A DNA stretch of 64,000 nucleotides from Octopus sinensis (Eukaryota), in assembly GCF_006345805.1 (NCBI RefSeq), contig NW_021833082.1, forward strand, positions 1 to 64,000. The letters run 5' to 3'. Shown piece after piece: positions 1 through 9,116 of the stretch. How positions within the stretch are numbered: position 1 is the first letter of the stretch; every line of letters starts with the position of its first letter. Below the pieces are notes generated by a model. The model was given only the letters and a program-made list of their open reading frames with translations, did no database searches and was not told the DNA's origin. Position numbers and translations under genes: made by a program.

Positions 1-563
1 TCATGGCCTATGCCAGGCGTGTAACCACCCACTTATGCATACCTTTCCTTCATTGGACACTAAACTCTGCTTGCAAAGACCTGTTGTGGCAAGTGAAATT
101 GAAATTAAATTCGTTGACTGGCATCCATGGTATGGAGTGCTAAGAGCACCATCCGAGCGTGATCATTGCCAGAGCAACAAACTGGCTTCTGTGTCGGTGG
201 CACATAAAAAGTACCATTCGAGTGTGATCATTACCAGCGTTGCCTTACTGGCACTTGTGCTGGTGGCACATGAAAAGCATTCGAGTGAGGTCATTGCCAG
301 CGCTGCTGGACTGGTTTCTGTGCAAGGTGGCACATAAAAAACACCATTTAAGCGTGGCCGTTGCCAGTACCGCCTGACTGACCCTCATGCCAGTGGCACG
401 TAAAAAGCACCCACTACACTCTCGGAGTGGTTGGCATTAGGAAGGGCATCCAGCTGTAGAGACTCTGCCAGATCAGATTGGAGTCTGGTGCAGCAATCTG
501 GTTCGCCAGTCCTCAGTCAAATCGTCCAAGCATGGAAAGCGGATGTTAAACGATGATGATGAT
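1..563 (+). mobile_element. 3' UTR/tail of RTE-clade LINE with internal ~65-bp repeats and (GAT)n tail
   Basis: Same sequence follows the RTE ORF2 remnant at 38028-38401 and recurs at 54500-55082; ends GCATGGAAAGCGGATGTTAAAC(GAT)n. Confidence 0.75.
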
Positions 564-866
564 GGGTAGATAGATAGATAGATAAAGAGAGAGAGAGAGA
601 GTTATAGATATAGATATGTACATACATATGTACATACATACGTACATACATACATACATACATACATACATACATACATACATACATACATGCATGCATA
701 CATACATACATACATACATACATGCATACATACATACATACATACATACATGCATACATACATACATGCATGCATACATACATACATACATACATACATA
801 CATACATGCATACATACATACAAATATACATGCAAACATACAAACATACTTACATACTTTCATGCA
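564..866. repeat. Compound microsatellite (GATA)n-(GA)n-(CATA)n
   Basis: Directly visible; explains the MYVC/HTYI pseudo-ORFs. Confidence 0.97.
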
Positions 867-879
867 TAGATATATTGCT

Positions 880-1070
880 AAGATCTCCTTTCGTCATGAA
901 TGATCATGAGATTGCACCTAGCAAGTTCCTCTCTGATGCACAAGTCTGGGTAAGGTTATTTGCAGAGGACCAGCAGTCACCCATGCATATCAGCAACCCC
1001 TTTTTATGCCACTGATGTTATCCAAGGGAAAGGCAAAGGCTGATACAGCTTAAAACCAGTGACAACTCCT
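880..1070 (-). mobile_element. tRNA-derived SINE family C, 3' fragment
   Basis: Reverse complement matches the body of 45209-46025 (CCTTTCCCTTGGATAACATC...GCAATC.CATG.TCATTCATGAC); another fragment at ~1192-1295. Confidence 0.7.
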
Positions 1071-1335
1071 TCCTCCCCTTGAAAGGATTCCCTCTGGAAT
1101 TTCAATTCCTACTCCTCATGAAGCTAACGAGTTACAGCAGTTTAATCCTTTAGTATTCAGATTATTCAATTAAATGTAAAAAGGCGTAAAGACCCGCCCT
1201 TCAGCAATGAATGACCATGGGATTGCAACTAGAAAGTTACCCTCCGAGGCACAAGTCCGGCCAAGTTTGTTTATGGAAGATCAGCAGTCACCACTCTCGT
1301 TGGTGAACAGTCAATAGTAATGGAGAACATGAGGA

Positions 1336-2061
1336 TTAACCCTTTTGTTACCACATTTCTGTTGAGATGCTCTATGTTTCTTTCAATTAATTTTAAATAT
1401 AACAAAGAATTTAGTAAAATAACTTAGTTATCATTAAGCTAGTGTTAGGAACATAAATTGTGACAAAGGTTTGGGGGAAGATTTTAATTCAGAACTTCTG
1501 AAAACAAGACATTTGTACTCAGAGCCAGAGGCAGTTTCAGTCAGGTTGGTTTCAAAAGGGTTAAAAATATCATGGTGACTTGAACCCTTTTGTTACCATA
1601 TTTCTGTTGAGATGCTCTGTGTTTATTTCAATTAATTTTAAATATAACAAAGAATTTAGTAAAATAACTTAGTTATCATTAAGCTAATGTTAGGAACATA
1701 AATTGTGACTAAGATTTGGTGGAAGATTTTGATTCAAAACTTTTGAAAACAAGACATTTGTACTCAGAGCCAGAAGTGGTTTCAACCAGGTTGGTATCAA
1801 AAGGGTTAAGAATTGATTCTCTATTATATATTTTAACCCTTCTGTTACCCCATTTCTGTTGAGATGCTCTGTGTTTCTTTCAAATAATTTTAAATATAAC
1901 AAAGAATTTAGTAAAATAACTTAGTTATCATTCAGCTAGTGTTAGGAACATAAATTGTGACAAAAGTTTGGTGGAAGATTTTAATTCAAAACTTTTGAAA
2001 ACAAGACATTTGTACTCAGAGCCAGAACCGGTTTCAGCCGGGTTGATAATGAAAGGGTTAA
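1336..2061 (+). mobile_element. Three head-to-tail copies of a ~229-bp piggyBac-like MITE (family 1)
   Basis: Copies 1336-1564, 1581-1809, 1833-2061; each runs TTAA-CCCTT...AAGGG-TTAA (copy 2 begins TGAA) with ~15-bp imperfect TIRs; TTAA plus CCC termini are the piggyBac signature. Confidence 0.85.
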
Positions 2062-2183
2062 AGTTGCAGTTGAGAAAAATTTAGTTGACATTGAGGACTG
2101 GAAATCATCTGAATATTGGAAAAGAATTACCTGTATCATGATGATTCATGCCAGGTGTGAAAATGTTGGCATGACAGTTGTTC

Positions 2184-2250
2184 AATTAACCATCTTACAA
2201 ACAATAACTCTGAGCATCTTTTCAAACTCCATCTGTCTAACACCCATGAA
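2184..2250 (+). mobile_element. CR1-clade LINE ORF2 fragment cut by a SINE
   Basis: Matches 4751-4815; translates ...NNNSEHLFKLHLSNT. Confidence 0.6.
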
Positions 2251-2450
2251 CAATGTTATCCAAGGGAAAAGCAAAGGGGCCGATACAGCCTGGCACCTGT
2301 GACGTCGCAACTCATTTCTACAGCTGAGTGAACTGGAGCAACGTGAAATAAAGTGTCTTGCTCAAGAGCTCAACACACAGCCTGACCAGGAATTGAACTG
2401 ACTACCTCATGATTGTAATTCCAGTACTCTAACCACGGAGCTATGCGCCT
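2251..2450 (-). mobile_element. tRNA-derived SINE family C, 5' part
   Basis: Minus strand AGGCGCATAGCTCCGTGG (A box), CAGTTCAATTCC (B-box-like), then CTTGAGCAAGACACTTTATTTCAC core. Confidence 0.75.
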
Positions 2451-2481
2451 TCACAAACATTCTTTTTGTATGTGTTCATTC

Positions 2482-2650
2482 GCAGGAGTGGCTGTGTGGT
2501 AAGTAGCTTGCTAACCAACCACATGGTTCCGGGTTCAGTCCCACTGCGTGGCATCTTGGGCAAGTGTCTTCTGCTATAGTCCTGGGCCGACCAATGCCTT
2601 GTGAGTGGATTTGGTAGACGGAAGCTGAGAGAAGCCTGTCGTATATATGT

Positions 2651-2695
<45 letters not shown>

Positions 2696-2910
2696 TGTGT
2701 GTGTGTTTGTGTGTCTGTGTTTGTCTCCCTAGCATTGCTTGACAACCGATGCTGGTGTGTTTACGTCCCAGTCACTTAGCGGTTCGGCAAAAAAGAGACC
2801 GATAGAATAAGTACTGGGCTTACAAAGAATAAGTCCCGGGGTCGATTTGCTCGACTAAAGGCGGTGCTCCAGCATGGCTGCAGTCAAATGACTGAAACAA
2901 GTAAAAGAGT
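2482..2910 (+). mobile_element. SINE family A, full length, with central (TA)n(TG)n
   Basis: GCAGGAGTGGCTGTGTGGTAAG...GGGTTCAGTCCC (Pol III box-like)...CTTGGGCAAGTGTCTT (CORE-like)...tail GACTGAAACAAGTAAAAGAG; more than 10 copies or fragments in the window. Confidence 0.9.
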
Positions 2911-3191
2911 ATATATATATATTTTTTATCATTAATTAAAATCTTAGGGTAGAAAGAATATTCATAGAAAAATTCTTAGTTACCAGTGGTCTAGGAAGAA
3001 AGAAAAAATTAGTCAATAGACTATATATTATTCAAAGAAGAATACAGTGTACGTTCAAACACAAAAGAGATACCCGAAGAATAGGATATCTGACTCGCTA
3101 GAAAGAGCAGTTAAAAACTCCAAGACACCAATTGTTGTAATTCTGAAAGTGATTGGAAAATAAAAACTTTTATGTATATATAAATATATAT

Positions 3192-3595
3192 ACTCTTTTA
3201 CTCTTTTACTCTTTTACTTGTTTCAGTCATTTGACTGTGGCCATGCTGGAGCACAGCCTTTAGTCAAGCAAATCGACTCCGGAACTTATTCTTTGTAAGC
3301 CTAGTACTTATTCTATCGGTCTCTTTTTGCCGAACCGCTAAGTGATGGGACATAAACACACCAGTATCAGTTGTCAAGCAATGCTAGGGGGACAAACACA
3401 GACACACACACATACATATATACACATATATATGACGGGCTTCTTTCAGTTTCCGTCTACCAAATCCACTCACAAGGCTTTGGTCAGCCCGAGGCTATAG
3501 TGGGAGACACTTGCCCAAGATGCCACGCAGTGGGATGAACCCGGAACCATGTGGTTGGTAAGCAAGCTACTTACCACACGGCCATTCCTGCGCCT
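3192..3595 (-). mobile_element. SINE family A, full length
   Basis: Reverse complement of 2482-2910 with (GAGTAAAA)3 tail. Confidence 0.9.
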
Positions 3596-3673
3596 ATATA
3601 TACCTATATATGTATACCATATATATATATCTATATTCTCTCCTTGTTTCTCTCCGTGTTTCTTTTCTGTGTA

Positions 3674-3711
3674 TCTTTCTGTTGAAGAGCGTAGGCTCGA
3701 AACGTAAAAGA
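3674..3711 (+). ncRNA. Minimal type I hammerhead-ribozyme-like motif (A6U variant) in a probable Penelope-like element remnant
   Basis: TCTTT-CTGTTGA-A-GAGC-gtag-GCTC-GAA-ACGT-A-AAAGA: stems I and II pair, palindromic ACGT replaces stem III. Confidence 0.45.
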
Positions 3712-4366
3712 CTTGTTTTATTTCTATTCCTGAGCGCCATACTAATACAATTGTTTGTTTGTACTCCACCTGCCTTCGTCTTTTGTTTATTTTCGTAAAG
3801 CTTCCTGTTATATATATATATATATACAAGTTTCGATTGAATGAATAAATAAAGCAACAAGATATGTATACCATAATAGCCATTGTATAATATGTATGTT
3901 TTTTGCACCAAAAATCATAAGTAAATTTAAAGGTGTGTTTAACGATTAGCATTGGCGCTGTGTATGTTCTGATTTGAAATTCTGACCCTTTTCTATAACA
4001 AAAAGAAAACAAAAAGACAGTGACACTTCTGTTAGTTGTTTTGATTGGTAGATTGAATAAGCAGTTTGATAAGGCAATGGAAACATAGATTCATAGATTT
4101 GATTGGATATCAGCTGCCGCCATCAACAACTTTTATGTGAAATTAGCACAGTTTATTTCTGTGGGGAGAATGTTCTAATAACATAATGTGATAAATATTG
4201 GTGAGGTTAGTAGATGCTGAAGGTTGAAACATGTTTAGAATTTTTCAGACATATGCTCTATGTCTGAGCGTGGAATAGCTCCAAGTCGTTCTATTTTTAA
4301 AATACAGTGTTTGGACTAAATTTCATGATTTTCTTTTATGCCTCCTTTTCCAGAAACAGCTTGATG

Positions 4367-4810
4367 CGTTGGTGAACTTTCAATGGTAATGGAGAACATG
4401 AGGGTTAAAGACAATGTTATCCAAGAGAAAAGCAAAGGGGCCGATACAGCCTGGCCCCAGTGACGTTGCAACTCATTACTACAGCTGAGTGAGCTGGAGC
4501 AACGTGAAATAAAGTGTCTTGCTCAAGAGCTCAACACACATCCGGACCAGGAATTGAACTTCTGAAAACAAGACATTTGTACTCAGAGCCAGAACCGGTT
4601 TCAGCTGGGTTGATAATGAAAGGGTTAAAGTTGCAGTTGAGAAAAAGTTAGTTGACATTGAGGACTGGAAGCCATCTGAATATTGGAAAAGAGTTACCTG
4701 TATCATGATGATTGGTGCCAGGTGTGAAAATGCTGGCATGACTGTTGTTCAATTAACCATCTTACAAACAATAACTCTGAGCACCTTTTCAAACTCCACC
4801 TGTCTAATGC
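4367..4810 (+). repeat. Rearranged local duplicate of 1298-2400
   Basis: 4367-4410 ~ 1298-1339; 4411-4560 ~ 2250-2400; 4561-4810 ~ 1992-2250. Confidence 0.8.
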
Positions 4811-5601
4811 CCATGGACATGTTTACAAAGTCAGAAAACAGCACAGCTCCCATGACTTTCGGAAACATTTTTTCAGTTAAGAGTTGCTGAAGCATGGAAC
4901 AGACTGCCGGCATCAGTTGTTAGTTGTCGGAACACTGCATCCTTCAAAACTTCCATACTTCTTGAGAGATTCGCCAACACTACACCTGATTTTATCCCCT
5001 CCATACACACGCTGAAGCATGGAACAAACTGCCGGCATCAGTTGTTAGTTGTCGGAGCACTGCATCCTTCAAAACTTCCATGTTTCCTGAGATTCGCCAA
5101 CACTACACCTGATTTTCTCCCCTCCACATACACATGCAAGCATGTATCTGACTCATACACTGTTCACTTCCCAGACATTTGTACATTACTACATATGCAG
5201 ACACCCATAAAATTATTAACCATCTTACAAACAATAACTCTGAGCACCTCTTCAAACTCCACCTGTCTAACACCCGTGGACATGTTTACAAAGTCAGAAA
5301 ACAGCACAGCTCCCATGACTTCCAAAACATTTTTTCAGTTAAGAGTTGCTGAAGCATGGAACAAACTGCCGGCATCAGTTGTTAGTTGTCGGAGCACTGC
5401 ATCCTTCAAAACTTCCATGCTTCTTGAGAGATTCGCCAACACTACACCTGATTTTCTCCCCTCCATACACACACAAGCATGTATCTGACTCATACACTGT
5501 TCACTTTCCAGACATTTCTACATTACTGCATGTACTTTATATGCACTTTTTGACAAGTTGCGGTGCACCTGAGCACTGTATACAATAATTTCATTATTAT
5601 T
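4751..5601 (+). mobile_element. CR1-clade LINE 3' end, three overlapping tandem partial copies
   Basis: Translates SEHLFKLHLSNTRGHVYKVRKQHS...LRVAEAWNKLPASVVSCRSTASFKTSML (CR1 ORF2 C-terminus), then 3' UTR and (ATT)n tail. Confidence 0.85.
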
Positions 5602-5706
5602 AAACACTGTAAAGGCTGTAAGATGTGAGATGGACAGTTGCCATGGAGACGACAAAGCTTTGACCAGCAAGAAGGGACACTGTTTCTGCACATCTGAATT
5701 TATTCT

Positions 5707-6328
5707 CATATCTTTGAAAAGGGTCTTGGGCTTAATTCAAACAGCTATATGATGCCATTGGAGACCATGGTTGGTTGTTCCTTCTCAAACCACGCCTGGC
5801 TTATAAGGGCCGGTTTTCCCAGTTTCTTGGCATATAGGTTCCCCACCTGGATGGAATGCCGGTCCATCGCAGGTGAGCTGCAAGATGCAGGAGGAGAGAG
5901 TGAGAGAAAGTTGTGGCAAAAGTGTCAGCAGAAGTTTCGCCATTACTTTCTGCCGGAGCCACGTGGAGCTTACTTGTTTCGCTCATAAACACACATATCG
6001 CCTGGTCTGAGATTCGAACCCGCGATCCCTCGACCCCGAGTCTGCTGCTCTAACCACTAGGCCATGTGCCTCCACATTGGAGACCATGGTCAATCCCTGG
6101 GTCAGTCTCATGGTCAATCCCATGTGTGTAACAGCAGGATTCAGCGCCTTGCCATACCTCCTGAAAGAGTGAGAAGTGGTTATTGGAGAATTTCTACGAC
6201 TTCATCAGCCCCAATTTCTTCCCTCCTAATTTTTCTGTGTGGGGGGCATGATTGAGAAAGACACCAACTACTCTGCTTTCAACACCAAGGCTGAGCTGGA
6301 GACCAAGATCAAGGAGACTTTCAAAAAT
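5707..6328 (+). pseudogene. Decayed Tc1/mariner (maT/DD37D-like) transposase, catalytic C-terminal part, interrupted by a SINE
   Basis: After removing the SINE: HIFEKGLGLNSNSYMMPLETMVNPWV...QQDSAPCHTS*KSEKWLLENFYDFISPNFFPPN...VWG.IEKDTNYSAFNTKAELETKIKETFKN; contains stops, frameshifts and a deletion of the SPDxNPLD motif. Confidence 0.75.
5772..6075 (-). mobile_element. tRNA-derived SINE family B, monomer with 15-bp TSD
   Basis: A box TGGCCTAGTGG, B box GGTTCGAATC; direct repeat ATTGGAGACCATGGT at 5757-5771 and 6076-6090. Confidence 0.92.
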
Positions 6329-6329
6329 C

Positions 6330-7046
6330 GGATCTTTACGGTTTGAACAGCAGTTTTTTCTTGCGGTGTCATATGAAATTGTCACCCATAATTATGACCC
6401 TAGGATCGATCTATTGCATTTCAATCTCTTTTAGGGTTAAGGTCAGTTAGGGGTGGGGGAAAGGGTATCTTTTTTTCTTCACAAATGTAAATAAACCCAA
6501 TCTGTTTCTTAAAACGAGGGACATATTCATACGGCACAGAATGTTTTTTCTTACCTCAATAGACGTCATTGATTGGGTGAAATTGCAGAAATTGAAGAAA
6601 GAAAAAACAACAAATATGTTAAAAACTATAGAATTTTCTCAATGAGGCCAAGAGAAAATTATGACCCTAGAATCGATCTATTGCATGTCATTCAGTTTTA
6701 GGGTTAGGGTTAGTTAGGGTTAGGGTTAGGTTTAGGGTAAGGGTGGGCAGAAGGGTATCTTTTTTCTTCACAAATGTAAATAAACCCAATCTGTTTCTTA
6801 AACGAGGGACATATTCATACGGCACAGAATGTTTTTTCTTACCTCAATAGACGTCATTGATTGGTTGAAATTGCAGAAACTGAAGAATAAAAAAGACAAC
6901 AAATATCTTACAAACTATAGAATTTTCTCAATAAAGCCAAGAGAAAAAGATGTTTTATAAACACATTCTACCAGTATACGACGTTTAAAAGTGTTTAGTT
7001 ACGTGGAAATTATTTTAAAAAACTGCCGGTCAAACCGAAATGATCC
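6330..7046 (+). mobile_element. Non-autonomous TIR element carrying TTAGGG tracts, with a ~267-bp internal tandem duplication
   Basis: Left end GGATCTTTACGGTTTGAACAGCAGTTTTT, right end AAAAAACTGCCGGTCAAACCGAAATGATCC; homologous to 42970-43391. Confidence 0.8.
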
Positions 7047-7326
7047 GAGAAAATAATAAAATGAACAAGTTGTCCCAGCCAAGGTAGAGAGGAGTACGGC
7101 CGCTAAAGACACGATGATGGAGTGAGATACACATAACACGCACATTTTTTTGTTTATCTAGTGAGGACATCAGCAGTTATTTCCCTTAGATATATCTCGG
7201 ATTCGAGCTTAACTTTCAACAATGGAATTTGTATAAGATCACAAGACATGCTAGAAATGGTGACGAAATCACACTCAAACTCAAACCTATCGTTTTTAAA
7301 GAGTGGAAGAAAATATTCAACAAGGT

Positions 7327-8024
7327 GCAGGAGTGGTTGTGTGGTAAGTAGTTTGCTTACCAACCACATGGTTCCGGGTTCAGTCCCACTGCGTGGCACC
7401 TCGAGCAAGTGTCTTCCACTATAGCCTCGGGCCGACCAAAACCTTGTGAGTGGATTTGGTAGATGGAAACTGAAAGAAGCCCGTCGTATATATGTAGGAG
7501 TGGCTGTGTGGTAAGTAGTTTGCTTACCAACCACATGGTTCCGGGTTCAGTCCCACTGCGTGGCACCTCGGGCAAGTGTCTTCTACTATAGCCTCGGGCC
7601 GACCAAAACCTTGTGAGTGGATTTGGTAGATGGAAACTGAAAGAAGCCCGTCGTATATATGTAGGAGTGGCTGTGTGGTAAGTAGTTTGCTTACCAACCA
7701 CATGGTTCCGGGTTCAGTCCCACTGCGTGGCACCTCGGGCAAGTGTCTTCTACTATAGCCTCGGGCCGACCAAAACCTTGTGAGTGGATTTAGTAGACAG
7801 AAACTGAAAGAAGTCCATCATTTTTATATATATGTATGTATGTGTGTGTGTGTAGATGTTTGTGTGTCTGTGTTTGTCCACCCAATATCGCTTGACAACC
7901 GATGCTGGTGTGTTTATGTCCCCATAACTTAGCGGTTAAAAAGAATAAGTCTGGGGTCGATTTGCTCGACTAAAGGTGGTGATCCAGCATGGCCACAGTC
8001 ACATGACAGAAACAGGCAAGAGAG
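7327..8024 (+). mobile_element. SINE family A with its 5' half triplicated (167-bp period)
   Basis: Heads at 7327, 7494 and 7661, followed by a single 3' half. Confidence 0.9.
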
Positions 8025-8139
8025 CAAGAACAAGGCAGCTTGGATATGAAAAATCAAAACAACCAAAAATATTAGCTGAATTACAGATGTAAATGCTGCT
8101 AGTAGCATGATGTGGTGTAATATAAATATATATATATAT

Positions 8140-8319
8140 ATATATTACGTTATATAATTAGGGCTCAGTAAAATAATTTACTTTGCCACATACTGAAATT
8201 TTTAGAAATAGCAGCCAAAAAGTTTTTTTAGCCATTTCCATTGGCTGCTATTTCTAAAAATTTCAGTATGTGGCAAAGTAAATTATTTTACTGAGCCCTA
8301 ATTATATAACGTAATATAT
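8140..8319. repeat. Perfect inverted repeat, 79-bp arms, 22-nt loop
   Basis: 8140-8218 is the exact reverse complement of 8241-8319 on manual comparison. Confidence 0.92.
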
Positions 8320-8396
8320 TGAATATGCCTTGAATGGTCCTTTTACATACTGAACACTACTTGGTGAAATTAATTAATAATTAATTGATTTTACCA

Positions 8397-8433
<37 letters not shown>

Positions 8434-8474
8434 GAGGTCCGCTGGATTAGGAACTGACCAAGAACTAAACAACA

Positions 8475-8476
<2 letters not shown>

Positions 8477-8525
<49 letters not shown>

Positions 8526-8528
8526 GAA

Positions 8529-8559
<31 letters not shown>

Positions 8560-8780
8560 GAGTGAAAGAGCACTGCATGCCATCAAAGTGACGCCTCGTT
8601 ACAAATATATGAAGCCCAGTATACCCATCGTGACTACCCGTCTGATAAGGGTACATCAGGCACATGCGTCTCACATATCAAGATAAACAGCGCATGACCT
8701 TGCAGGTGGGGCCCAGTTAGAATTTTATTCAGGTTGTATAGCTCATCCTGTTCAAAAGGTCCCTGAATAAAGGTTGCTGG
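8477..8780 (-). mobile_element. Probable non-LTR retroelement 3' end with (TAA)n tail, clade unassigned
   Basis: ~85-bp (ATT)n tract abutting a complex GC-balanced segment; resembles a recurrent octopus repeat from memory only. Confidence 0.45.
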
Positions 8781-8800
8781 ATCTTTTCGCTTTCACTAGC

Positions 8801-8811
8801 GACAGACAGAC

Positions 8812-8902
<91 letters not shown>

Positions 8903-8958
8903 CATACATAAATAGATACATAGATAGATACATAGATAGGCAGATGGATGGATGGATG

Positions 8959-8992
<34 letters not shown>

Positions 8993-9062
8993 AAGATAGA
9001 TAGATAGATACATAAATAGATACATAGATAGATACATAGATAGACAGATGGATGGATGGATG

Positions 9063-9116
<54 letters not shown>

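Noticed and set aside
3470-4012. 180-aa minus-strand ORF
   Set aside because: Stitched from AT-rich sequence, TA microsatellites, a repeat remnant and a SINE head; no recognisable domain
6697-6740. Telomere or chromosome-fusion scar
   Set aside because: Short, degenerate and at a fixed position inside a multi-copy TIR element
7154-7742. Recurrent peptide ...GTEPGTMWLVSKLLTTQPLL as a protein family
   Set aside because: It is the antisense or sense translation of SINE family A, repeated wherever the SINE occurs
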